A stretch of DNA of 64,000 bases from a virus, in IMG/VR virus record IMGVR_UViG_3300012000_000001, positions 96,001 through 160,000 of that record; one strand, 5' to 3'. How positions within the stretch are numbered: position 1 is the stretch's first letter; every line of letters starts with the position of its first letter. The notes below the pieces were generated by a model. That model had not been told where the DNA came from and did no database searches. It saw only the letters and a list, made by a program, of their open reading frames with translations. The translations under genes were made by a program, and so were the position numbers. This document shows positions 47,251-56,688 of this stretch, in pieces.

Positions 47251-48087
47251 TTAAAACGTATCCGTTATTCGGTTGTTGAGATATAGCTTTTGATGAAAGT
47301 ATTTGATATCATTAAAAAAATACAGATTACTAGAAGACAATAAAGAATTTAATCCTATATAACGAATACTGGCATCGCCCCATCGATACATATATATGCC
47401 ACCAGAATTATCAATAAAATTATAAAAGTTTTGATAATCTTCTCCTCTAAACCAATCCATATCAAAAATTTCAAAATTAGTATAAAAAACTCTGTTTTTA
47501 TGAAATTGTAGGTTTTGAGATTTAAATATGTCGTCTTTATGAATATTTTTAAAATACTGTTCACTTAGTTCCCAGAGATTACAGACTACCCCAGGATGAT
47601 CATGTTGAATATTAATATAACCATATATAGCTTTTTCATTGTTCATTCTATCAAAAACATTATATGGTATTTCGTCTAATATAAATGAATCTGTATCTAG
47701 TCTCCATATGTATCTATATTGCATAAGTCTTGATTGCTTAAAAATTTCTCCAGCAAAAAATCTACACATATGCCTATAGCCAAGAGAAAACCCTTGAGCC
47801 GCTGGGAAGTCTGGGTGGGGAAAATACTCTGGGATTTGTGCAATTATTTCTGATGAATAATTTGGAGTACTAAAAGTAATTGGCTCAAAATATATAGAAA
47901 TATTTTGTAAACTATTCTTTAATAAAGCTAATTCTGAAAAGGGAAAATCTGGCTCATAGAAACAAATAATATCACATGAATGTTTAAGATAATAATTATT
48001 TATTAATAATGGAATAGATTTTCTAAAATTAAGAATATCTTTGCTATTATTATTAAGCAAGTAGACTATTGCTGAGGGGCATCCCAT
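47251..48087 (-). CDS. GT15 (Kre2/Mnt1-like) alpha-1,2-mannosyltransferase
   Basis: GYRHMCRFF, YIWRLDTD, YTNFEI, SGGIYMYRWGDA. Confidence 0.85.
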   Translation of the reverse strand: MGCPSAIVYLLNNNSKDILNFRKSIPLLINNYYLKHSCDIICFYEPDFPFSELALLKNSLQNISIYFEPITFSTPNYSSEIIAQIPEYFPHPDFPAAQGFSLGYRHMCRFFAGEIFKQSRLMQYRYIWRLDTDSFILDEIPYNVFDRMNNEKAIYGYINIQHDHPGVVCNLWELSEQYFKNIHKDDIFKSQNLQFHKNRVFYTNFEIFDMDWFRGEDYQNFYNFIDNSGGIYMYRWGDASIRYIGLNSLLSSSNLYFFNDIKYFHQKLYLNNRITDTF

Positions 48088-48088
48088 A

Positions 48089-48658
48089 TTATTCTCTATG
48101 TTTAGGTGGATAATTATATACTATGACGTTGAACTGTCCCCATATGTCATTAATGAGATCAGACACGAATGGCCAATTACCACCAGCTAGTCCGCTACCA
48201 AATTTTGGACAATGTATTTCAATTTTCTCTGTTTTATTTACATAACCGGTTTTAGTAGCTATATACTGAGATAACGAATTCATAGACTTAACTAGAGCTA
48301 GATAGTTTAAAGGTCTCATGTTATTTTGACTCTTAATACCATTTTGGGCTATCATATTAACAAAAAATAACTTATGTCTAAATTTATTGTCTTCATATAC
48401 TTTTAGTATTTGACTATAGCCCAAATTATTTTTTAGAAAATGCTTACCAAGTAAATGATAGTCTTGCTTGACTGTTGGGTATTTTTCGGCGATTTGAGCT
48501 GCAAATCCTGCACCAAATAAGTCTATATTGTTACATACATGCGGCACAAAGACTGTACAGCCATTATTTCCGCAGGTTACGCGGTCTCTAATAACATCAA
48601 ATAAGTTGTGATTTGAAGAAATATAATTGGGTAAGGTTTTATTAATTTTGGTTGACAT
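48089..48658 (-). CDS. macro domain protein (ADP-ribose binding/hydrolase)
   Basis: HVCNN...FGAGFA, VNMIAQ, PKFGSGLAGGNW. Confidence 0.8.
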   Translation of the reverse strand: MSTKINKTLPNYISSNHNLFDVIRDRVTCGNNGCTVFVPHVCNNIDLFGAGFAAQIAEKYPTVKQDYHLLGKHFLKNNLGYSQILKVYEDNKFRHKLFFVNMIAQNGIKSQNNMRPLNYLALVKSMNSLSQYIATKTGYVNKTEKIEIHCPKFGSGLAGGNWPFVSDLINDIWGQFNVIVYNYPPKHRE

Positions 48659-48662
48659 TATA

Positions 48663-48914
48663 TTACCTTTGAATTTTTGGCCATTTGCCCATAGGACACT
48701 CTTGATCGGCCCAGGCTAATTTATTTAAAAACTTTTTTTGTTGACTGATAAAACACCCACAAATATTACATTGACTTTTAATTTTATTAAATTCTTCGCA
48801 ACCTAAGCATATATTGTGTCTATAAAGAATTTCCTGTTTGGTGCTTTTAGGAAAACCACCATAAATATGAAATAATAAAGACTTAATAAATGTTTTTAGT
48901 CTAATTAACCACAT
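48663..48914 (-). CDS. small Cys-rich phage protein
   Basis: ICLGC...QCNICGCF...CPMGKW. Confidence 0.7.
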   Translation of the reverse strand: MWLIRLKTFIKSLLFHIYGGFPKSTKQEILYRHNICLGCEEFNKIKSQCNICGCFISQQKKFLNKLAWADQECPMGKWPKIQR

Positions 48915-49134
48915 CTTTTTTTCTTTCTTTTATGGCAACAATATTAGATTCTTTATCTACGGTAAAAATATCTATAGGGTCTATCATCGTATCCGGAGCC
49001 ACCCAATGAGTAGTGCCGTCTATTAACGAGACACATAAGCGAGAACCATTCTGCTTATAGTCTGTGGTGACTATGTATTGTTTACCATTATATTGATAAC
49101 AATCACCAATTAATAATTCTTCTATATATTTCAT
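48901..49134 (-). CDS. small beta-rich hypothetical protein
   Basis: IEELLIGDCYQYNGKQY resembles the 8535..8714 protein. Confidence 0.65.
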   Translation of the reverse strand: MKYIEELLIGDCYQYNGKQYIVTTDYKQNGSRLCVSLIDGTTHWVAPDTMIDPIDIFTVDKESNIVAIKERKKDVVN

Positions 49135-49139
49135 ATTAA

Positions 49140-49334
49140 TCAATGATTGTAATATCTATCCCAGTCTTCCCACTCTTCGTCTTGGTAGTTCGCTTTTTTT
49201 CTTTTGATTTGATTATTAATATCTTTTGCAGAAAAATCGGAATCCTCGTAACTTTTTTTGTTACGCTTATTCTTATTTTTTTCTCTCTTAGAGCTTTTTC
49301 TGTCGTTATCGAAAAATTCGTTGTTGTGTTTCAT
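49140..49334 (-). CDS. small basic/acidic disordered protein
   Basis: Lys-rich core, acidic aromatic tail; first gene after the promoter. Confidence 0.65.
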   Translation of the reverse strand: MKHNNEFFDNDRKSSKREKNKNKRNKKSYEDSDFSAKDINNQIKRKKANYQDEEWEDWDRYYNH

Positions 49335-49366
49335 TTAAGTGATAGTCGCCAAAAGTATCTGATGGT

Positions 49367-49394
49367 ATAGTAATGCACCAAGTGGACGTGTCAA
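49367..49394 (-). promoter_or_regulatory. sigma70-type promoter (leftward)
   Basis: TTGACA-N16-TACTAT. Confidence 0.6.
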
Positions 49395-49419
49395 CTCTTT
49401 TTTTAGCATGGTACGCAAC

Positions 49420-49448
49420 TTGACCAACCCTCCAGACTGGATTAATAT
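49420..49448 (+). promoter_or_regulatory. sigma70-type promoter (rightward) for the plus-strand block
   Basis: TTGACC-N17-TAATAT, back-to-back with the leftward promoter. Confidence 0.5.
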
Positions 49449-49503
49449 TATGCAGGCCGGTGGACAATATCTATTATTCTTACTTACACCTCCTCTCTAC
49501 CAC

Positions 49504-51165
49504 ATGCTTAAAACAACTATCGTTACTGGAATATGGGATCTTGGTAGAGATTCTCTAGGTGAGGGCTGGAGTAGGTCTTTCGAACACTACAAAGATAAGT
49601 TCTCACAACTGCTACAATCTTTAAAAGATGTTCAGCTAATAGTATTTATAGACCCGAAGCATGAAGATATAGTCTGGAAATATAGATCTCCAACTAATAC
49701 TGTTGTTTATCATCATTCAGCAGATAATTTTGATAACAATTTTTTCCCATTCAGGCCACAAATAGAAAAAATAAGAACAAATGAGCAGTGGTTGTCTCAA
49801 GCTGGATGGTTAAAGGATAGTACGCAAGCTAAATTACCACTTTACAATCCGATGGTAATGAGTAAAATGTTCCTTCTGCATAATGCGAAAATATTCAATC
49901 CATTTAATAGTGAATATATGTATTGGCTAGATGGTGGAATATGCAATACTGTTCACCCTGGATATTTTAGCCATGACAACGTAATAGAAAAAATACAAAA
50001 TTTAACTAAAAAGTTTCTATTTATATGTTTCCCATATGAAACTAATAGCGAGATACATGGATTCGATATCTCTAAAATGAGAGAATATTCGAAAAATGAT
50101 AATGTTAATCGGGTTGCTCGCGGTGGGTTTTTCGGTGGGCATATAGATTATATTTCTGAAGCCAATAATTTATACTACTCTCTTTTAGCGGATACCCTAT
50201 CTAATGGACTAATGGGTACTGAAGAAAGTATTTTTACTATTATGACCTATTTACAACCAGAAGTATATCAATACGAAAGCATTAATGGTGATGGGTTAAT
50301 TTCTACATTTTTTGAAAAAGTCAAAAATCGTGAAACAACAATAGAGCAGGCTCAGCAAAGTAATCCTAGAAAAAAGCATACCAATAGCGATACTGTGCTC
50401 TACATTAATGCTTTTAATTCACCAGAACAATTGCAAATGGTTTTGGATAGTTTTGAAAAATATGACAATTCATTTATTGCCCAAACTAAAAAGATATTAA
50501 TTAACAATACAACAAATAATGAATTATTTCCGCAATACGACGCTATATGCTCAAAATATTCATTTGCAGAACATATAAAAAAGGGAAATCTTGGAGTATG
50601 TAGGGCAAGACAATTTGCAGCCGAGCATTTCGCCGATTTGGGTTCCAAATATATGATATTTTTTGAAGACGATATGTTGCTGGATTATTCTAGGGCTAAA
50701 TGTGATTTTGGTTTCTGCAAACCAGCCCAAAATCTACTGCACTCTTTAATTCGTATAATGGATAATGAAGAATATGATTTTCTTAAATTTAGCTTTAGTG
50801 AGTTTTATGGACACAACGGAGAACAGTGGAGTTGGCATAATGTTCCATCTGATTTGAGGGTTAAATATTTTGGTGGAACGACTAAAAGACCTCTAACCAA
50901 GTTCACAGTGATAAAATCTTATAATGGTCTTCCATATGCTGAAGGAGAGATTTACTATTCTAACTGGCCCCATATTATAGATCAAGAAGGTAATCAAAAG
51001 CTGTTTTTAGACACTAAATGGGATAGACCATTTGAACAAACTTGGATGAGTCACATATATACCCTAACAGTTAATGGTGTTGTTAAGCCCGCTATATTAC
51101 TAGCTAGTCCAATTACACATAATAGAGTACATTTTTATGAAGCGACAGAACGTAAAGAAAACTAA
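49504..51165 (+). CDS. HtrL/YibB-like domain fused to a GT-A glycosyltransferase domain
   Basis: TTIVTGIWDLGR...RSFEHY, MSKMFLL, YWLDGG, GGFFGG, TEESI; C-terminal AFNSP, GVCRAR, IFFEDD; start MLKTTI. Confidence 0.75.
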   Translation: MLKTTIVTGIWDLGRDSLGEGWSRSFEHYKDKFSQLLQSLKDVQLIVFIDPKHEDIVWKYRSPTNTVVYHHSADNFDNNFFPFRPQIEKIRTNEQWLSQAGWLKDSTQAKLPLYNPMVMSKMFLLHNAKIFNPFNSEYMYWLDGGICNTVHPGYFSHDNVIEKIQNLTKKFLFICFPYETNSEIHGFDISKMREYSKNDNVNRVARGGFFGGHIDYISEANNLYYSLLADTLSNGLMGTEESIFTIMTYLQPEVYQYESINGDGLISTFFEKVKNRETTIEQAQQSNPRKKHTNSDTVLYINAFNSPEQLQMVLDSFEKYDNSFIAQTKKILINNTTNNELFPQYDAICSKYSFAEHIKKGNLGVCRARQFAAEHFADLGSKYMIFFEDDMLLDYSRAKCDFGFCKPAQNLLHSLIRIMDNEEYDFLKFSFSEFYGHNGEQWSWHNVPSDLRVKYFGGTTKRPLTKFTVIKSYNGLPYAEGEIYYSNWPHIIDQEGNQKLFLDTKWDRPFEQTWMSHIYTLTVNGVVKPAILLASPITHNRVHFYEATERKEN

Positions 51166-52450
51166 GGTTATCAAACCGAAGTCCAAATTAAATAACCAAG
51201 AAACTATATTTGTGCAAATAGCGGCTTATAGAGACCCTCAACTATTACCGACTCTAAGGGATTTATTTAACAAAGCCAAATATCCACAAAATATTACCGT
51301 GGGCATATGCTGGCAACATTGTTCTTCCGATGAGTGGGACACACTTGAAGAGTTTCGTGATGATCCAAGAGTTAAAATTATTGATATAGATTATAAAACT
51401 AGCCAAGGAGTATGTTGGGCTAGAAATTTAGTTCAGTCTTTATACAATAATGAAACATATACATTACAATTAGACAGCCATCATAGGTTTGTACAAAATT
51501 GGGATGCCACACTTATAGATATGCTAAAATATCTACAAAATAAGGGTCACCAAAAACCATTAATCACAGCCTATATACCAAGTTTTGATCCAGATAATGA
51601 CCCAGCAAGCAGGGTACAAGAACCATGGAAAATGAACTTTGATAGGTTCATACCAGAAGGAGCGGTTTTCTTTCTTCCTGCATCATTTGATGAGTGGGAT
51701 GATAAAACGCAACCTCTACCAGCTAGATTTTATAGTGCCCATTTTGCCTTTAGTGTTGGCGCTTTTTGTACAGAAGTTCCACATGATCCAGAATATTACT
51801 TTCATGGAGAGGAAATAAGCATAGCTGCTAGAGCATATACTCATGGATATGATCTTTTTCATCCTCATAAAGTGGTGTGTTGGCACGAATATACGCGAAA
51901 AGGTAGAACAAAACAATGGGATGATGATAAGAAATGGTTTGAGAAAAATAATCTTTGTCATCTTAAAAATCGTAAATTGTTTGAAATGGATGGAGAAAAA
52001 AGAGATATAGATTTTGGAAAATATGGATTCGGTTCAGTGAGAACTTTAAGAGACTATGAAAAATATAGCGGCTTATCCTTTGGAAAAAGAGCAATCCAAA
52101 AAAGAGTTCAGGAACATAAAGCTCCCCCAGATCCAGAAACCTCAAATTTATCAGACGAAGAATTTGATAAAAAATTAATGAAAATTTTCAAACATTGTAT
52201 AGATATTCAGTACGGACAAGTTCCAGAAAATGATTATGATTTTTGGGCCGTTGCTTTTAAAGATCAAAACGGAGTAGATATTTATCGGCAAGATGCTGAT
52301 AAAGATGAAATATTGCGAATGAAGAATGATCCCGATGGTTATTGTAAAGTATGGAGAGAATTTCAAACAGAAATTAAGCCATCTAGCTGGATTGTTTGGC
52401 CACATAGTATTAGTAAAGGATGGGCTGATCCAATTATTGGTGGCCTATAA
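51137..52450 (+). CDS. GT60-like polypeptide/hydroxyproline alpha-GlcNAc transferase
   Basis: IFVQIAAYRD, GVCWAR, LQLDSHHRF (DSH), AHFAFS, VPHDP, FHGEEI...RAYTHGYDLFHP, WHEY. Confidence 0.85.
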   Translation: MKRQNVKKTKVIKPKSKLNNQETIFVQIAAYRDPQLLPTLRDLFNKAKYPQNITVGICWQHCSSDEWDTLEEFRDDPRVKIIDIDYKTSQGVCWARNLVQSLYNNETYTLQLDSHHRFVQNWDATLIDMLKYLQNKGHQKPLITAYIPSFDPDNDPASRVQEPWKMNFDRFIPEGAVFFLPASFDEWDDKTQPLPARFYSAHFAFSVGAFCTEVPHDPEYYFHGEEISIAARAYTHGYDLFHPHKVVCWHEYTRKGRTKQWDDDKKWFEKNNLCHLKNRKLFEMDGEKRDIDFGKYGFGSVRTLRDYEKYSGLSFGKRAIQKRVQEHKAPPDPETSNLSDEEFDKKLMKIFKHCIDIQYGQVPENDYDFWAVAFKDQNGVDIYRQDADKDEILRMKNDPDGYCKVWREFQTEIKPSSWIVWPHSISKGWADPIIGGL

Positions 52451-52456
52451 TAGACT

Positions 52457-53236
52457 ATGATACTATGGCATAACAAGCCTCTGTGCTCGGCTGGTTTTGT
52501 TATTAATTTAGCTTCAAGACCAGACAGAAAAGCATCAGCCATTAAGGAACTAGAACAATCTGGTATTAGTGGATTTGAATTCTATAATGCTACAACCTTA
52601 TCGGATCCAGACTGGCAAGCGTATGGATGTACTCAAAGTCATCTAGATTTGTTTAAAATACAAATAGAAAATAATATTGATTATTTATTAATATTAGAAG
52701 ATGATATACATACATCTTATACTTATAGCACGCTTAATAAGATTACAAAAATAGATAAACAAATTAAGTATGCTCATAATTGTATTGATAGCTTTCATCA
52801 TCTGAAACCCGATTTGCTATGGCTTGGCTCCAGAGTGGAACAAGATGTAGATTATTATGATGACTATATATCTTTTTCTAATAAAACTTTAACAGCCCAT
52901 GCGTATATCAGTTCTTTGTCGTTGGCAAAGTTCTGTGTTGAAAACTTTAAATATAACGAGCATGGTCACCTGTCTTATAGATATCCTATAGACTTTTTCT
53001 TATCACAACTTAAAATTAAAACAGATCATCAAATTATCAACAATATAAATAATAAAGCATTTGTCACCAATAATCTAGTTACTTCAGTTAGCAACTGTTT
53101 AATTTTTAATCAAAAACCCGGCTATTCTAATATTATTCATAAAGATATTGATTATGGGATATGGATAGCTGGTTGCCATGAACACTATTGTTTTAATCCG
53201 TTAAAAAATAAGATTAATTACCATGAATACATTTGA
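52457..53236 (+). CDS. GT25 family glycosyltransferase
   Basis: VINLASRPDR, GCTQSH, LILEDD, TAHAYI. Confidence 0.85.
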   Translation: MILWHNKPLCSAGFVINLASRPDRKASAIKELEQSGISGFEFYNATTLSDPDWQAYGCTQSHLDLFKIQIENNIDYLLILEDDIHTSYTYSTLNKITKIDKQIKYAHNCIDSFHHLKPDLLWLGSRVEQDVDYYDDYISFSNKTLTAHAYISSLSLAKFCVENFKYNEHGHLSYRYPIDFFLSQLKIKTDHQIINNINNKAFVTNNLVTSVSNCLIFNQKPGYSNIIHKDIDYGIWIAGCHEHYCFNPLKNKINYHEYI

Positions 53237-53918
53237 TATTATTAAACATTGGGATGATAATTTAGTACAGTCTCATATTATGTCTGAATTAAATTATCTT
53301 ATAAATTACTTTAAAAAGAGAAGCACGACTAACATCAGATATTTGGATATTGGAGCCAATTGTGGAAGATATTGGAATGTTTTATCTCAGCATTTTACCG
53401 TTGATTATGCTATAATGGTCGAACCCTCAACAGAACTCCACAAGTATTTGTTGCATAAATTTAGAGATACTAATTTTTCTATATATAATTTTGTACTATC
53501 TGATCACGATAGTATGGTTAGTCTAGCAGATATTGATTTTAGTTTTTATACACAATTAGACAATAATATTAATTTAGGATTATCTAAATCTTACTTATCA
53601 GATAATAATAATAAAACACAATTATCAGCTGAAAATTTCTTTAATGACTATATATATTTTAATAATATTTATAAATTAGATCTCATTAAAATAGACACAG
53701 AAAATCGTGACTACCACATATTGAAATCAATGACAAATGTACTCTCTAAATTAGAATCTAAACCTATAATTTGTTTTGAAAACAATTATCATAACGACAT
53801 GACACAAGACGAGGCTCAGGCTATATTAAACAATTTTACTAGTATCAATTTATATGAGCCAATTAATATTGCAGATATCAACTGGAGTAGTGTATTTTTA
53901 TGCCCAATTCAAGCTTAA
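53223..53918 (+). CDS. FkbM family methyltransferase
   Basis: LDIGANCG, VEP, LIKIDTENRDYHIL, ICFE. Confidence 0.85.
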   Translation: MNTFDIIKHWDDNLVQSHIMSELNYLINYFKKRSTTNIRYLDIGANCGRYWNVLSQHFTVDYAIMVEPSTELHKYLLHKFRDTNFSIYNFVLSDHDSMVSLADIDFSFYTQLDNNINLGLSKSYLSDNNNKTQLSAENFFNDYIYFNNIYKLDLIKIDTENRDYHILKSMTNVLSKLESKPIICFENNYHNDMTQDEAQAILNNFTSINLYEPINIADINWSSVFLCPIQA

Positions 53919-54604
53919 TATTACTTAATAGTATTTTATACAATTTTAAAATTAATAAAAAATATTGGACTTATGATAACTTAACTGGAGAAGACTATGA
54001 TACTAGACGATCTAAGCCAGCTCCATACATAAGAACAGCAATAAATATAGCTAAATTATTAAATATGACAACAGTAGTCGAAATAGGCTCAACTAGATTT
54101 GCTGTAACTCAACCATGCGTTGATTATTTTGATGATACTAATTCAGACCCATATATTTCGCCACCTTGTTGCTGCGATGGTCATGCTACTTATTTTTGGG
54201 CTAGGGCAGGCTTTATAACTCATACGGTGGACATAGACACCAACTGTTTAAATGGTGTGCAGTGGTCATACGGAAATTTAAACCAACCACAACCATCAAA
54301 TCTAAAATTACATATTCCAGAGGACGGTATATCGTTTTTGAATAATTTTTCAGATAAAATAGATGTATTATATCTAGACGGATGGGATAAAGGAACTATG
54401 AATTATGCAGAAAAGCATTTGGAGGCTTTCCAAGCAGCTAAAAATAAATTATCTAATATTCATTTAATTCTTATAGATGATACAGATTATCTTACTAAAG
54501 AGGGGGGGAAAGACCAGCTGTTATCTCCATTTTTAATTGAACAAAATTATTATTTATTGTTTAATGGCAGACAAACTCTTTTTATCAATAGGTTTCCAAC
54601 ATGA
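53900..54604 (+). CDS. class I SAM methyltransferase-like protein
   Basis: VVEIGS, TVDID, DGISFL, IDVLYLD, ILIDD. Confidence 0.65.
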   Translation: MPNSSLILLNSILYNFKINKKYWTYDNLTGEDYDTRRSKPAPYIRTAINIAKLLNMTTVVEIGSTRFAVTQPCVDYFDDTNSDPYISPPCCCDGHATYFWARAGFITHTVDIDTNCLNGVQWSYGNLNQPQPSNLKLHIPEDGISFLNNFSDKIDVLYLDGWDKGTMNYAEKHLEAFQAAKNKLSNIHLILIDDTDYLTKEGGKDQLLSPFLIEQNYYLLFNGRQTLFINRFPT

Positions 54605-55371
54605 ATATTATTGTAACTTTAACAACCGTACCCAATAGACTACTAGAGCATCATGGTTCTTGTTCAGCCAGATTAGCCATAACCACATTATTGGAACAGT
54701 CTTATCAGTCGTATGAGGTCCACTTTAATATTCCACTATATTATCGTAATAACCCAATTATTTTACCCGAATGGATCGATGAGTATGCTAAAAAATATAA
54801 TCATCTAAAAGTTTTTAGAACCGATGACTATGGTCCCATTACTAAAATATTCCCAACCCTAGAGAGGGTTACTGATCTAGAAACCATGATTATTGTTGCC
54901 GACGATGATTTGTATTATATGGACGGTATGATATCCTCCCATGTAGAAGCCAGATCTAGATATCCTGAAGCCGCTTTGGGTTTTGCTGGATTATCCTCAA
55001 TAGACGGATCGTGCCATTTCTGTACAACTATACAAAAGGACACAAGAGTTAAAATTTTAGAAGGATACAAAACAGTATCGTATTTAAGAAAATTTTTCGA
55101 CACAGAAGAACTTAAGAGTCAGTTTATGGACAAGTCTTGGAGAGATGACGAGACATTATCTGCTTACATGGGATATAAGAATATTCCAAAAATAGTTCTT
55201 GCTTACTCAGGAGATACGGACTATAATCCTAGAGTAGAGTCTTTTCCTGTGATTGGTCATGTTCCTACACAACAGGGTGGTTGCCATGTATTTAGAAATT
55301 GTGATGAAGCACAAAAGAGATCAGATGATAATATACAAAAATTTTATAAGCTTGGTTATCTAGAAAGATAA
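54601..55371 (+). CDS. GT-A glycosyltransferase-like protein
   Basis: VTLTTVPNRL, DYGPITK, IVADDDLYY. Confidence 0.7.
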   Translation: MNIIVTLTTVPNRLLEHHGSCSARLAITTLLEQSYQSYEVHFNIPLYYRNNPIILPEWIDEYAKKYNHLKVFRTDDYGPITKIFPTLERVTDLETMIIVADDDLYYMDGMISSHVEARSRYPEAALGFAGLSSIDGSCHFCTTIQKDTRVKILEGYKTVSYLRKFFDTEELKSQFMDKSWRDDETLSAYMGYKNIPKIVLAYSGDTDYNPRVESFPVIGHVPTQQGGCHVFRNCDEAQKRSDDNIQKFYKLGYLER

Positions 55372-55375
55372 TATC

Positions 55376-55759
55376 ATGAAGTATGTAGCCGTAATACTAG
55401 TATTGGGATTATTTGTTTGTAAAAATTCTGCTAATGCCCAGCAGTGGCCTAATCCAGAAAATGCCAGACTAACTAATACCATGACAAATTTTATGAACCA
55501 GTTTGGCGGAGGAGGACTCCCGATTCCTGTTCCAGTGCCTGTGGACTATAATTATTACTCTGACTATCAAAATGGATACCAACAGCATCTTCAAAATAGC
55601 GTGACACAAGTTGAAGTATATTTTAGACGCAGACAATTTAATATGTATTATCGACAATTAGAAGAGTTGCAGAAACAAGAGATCAAAGATCTAAAAAGAT
55701 CTAAGCAACTAACTATTCCGGAACTTAATCGTATTTTTAATAGAGAGTCATCATTTTAG
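55376..55759 (+). CDS. secreted hypothetical protein
   Basis: Signal peptide MKYVAVILVLGLFVCKNSANA. Confidence 0.7.
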   Translation: MKYVAVILVLGLFVCKNSANAQQWPNPENARLTNTMTNFMNQFGGGGLPIPVPVPVDYNYYSDYQNGYQQHLQNSVTQVEVYFRRRQFNMYYRQLEELQKQEIKDLKRSKQLTIPELNRIFNRESSF

Positions 55760-56688
55760 AATACGGGATTGATAATACCATAGCCCTCAAATTTTCTAAT
55801 TCCTTTATATCTAGAATCTTTTAGAGATATAGTATTTTGCTTGAAAGCATCAATATAGTCTTCAAATGTATTTAGTTTATATTTTTTGTGTTTAAGATTA
55901 TAACTTAGTAATAATGCAGCACAACCAACAGCAAACGGATTGCTCATACTTGTGCCGCTCATGCTTGCATATCTATTTCCTGGCACACATCCGATAATAT
56001 CATGACCCGGAGCCAGAAAGTCCAGATCTTCACCACTGCAAGTAAAAGATGTGCGATTTAAATTTTCGTCTATAGCCCCAATAGATATAGTATTTTTATA
56101 TTTAGCAGGGTACATTATCTCAGAGTTTTCTCCACTGTTCCCAGCCGCACAAAAAACTATACAACCTTTACTATTAGCATAGCTAATTGCGTTTTCTATA
56201 GACTTGGCTGGATTTGGAGAACCTAAACTCATAGTAATAAAATTTACTCCATCATAGTCAGCCGCCCAATAAATTGCATCAGCTACGGCACTCATAGATC
56301 CAGATCCATCATCTCCCAGAGCTTTTACTGGTACGATTTTTGCAGCGGGTGCCACACCAACCATTCCGAATCCATTATCTGATGCTGCTATTGTGGATGA
56401 TACGTGAGTACCGTGACCCGCACCGTCTATTGGGTCTCTTCCACTATTAACAAAGTTTTTACCGGGTAATAAATTATCTACCAAGTCTTTGTGCTTAAGG
56501 TCGCAGCCAGTGTCTATTACTGCCACGATAACCCCATCACCCTTACTTTTACTCCATAATTTTGGAATATTAAATTTCTTTAATTCCCATCCTTCTGATT
56601 GAGAATCGTCAACAGATAAACCATATACATCTTCTTTAATATATGGTAATAAGCTAATATTGTCTTTATTAAATCTTTTTCTTATCAT
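55756..56688 (-). CDS. subtilisin-family (S8) serine protease
   Basis: VAVIDTG, HGTHV, AAGN, SGTSMS; start MIRKRF. Confidence 0.95.
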   Translation of the reverse strand: MIRKRFNKDNISLLPYIKEDVYGLSVDDSQSEGWELKKFNIPKLWSKSKGDGVIVAVIDTGCDLKHKDLVDNLLPGKNFVNSGRDPIDGAGHGTHVSSTIAASDNGFGMVGVAPAAKIVPVKALGDDGSGSMSAVADAIYWAADYDGVNFITMSLGSPNPAKSIENAISYANSKGCIVFCAAGNSGENSEIMYPAKYKNTISIGAIDENLNRTSFTCSGEDLDFLAPGHDIIGCVPGNRYASMSGTSMSNPFAVGCAALLLSYNLKHKKYKLNTFEDYIDAFKQNTISLKDSRYKGIRKFEGYGIINPVF

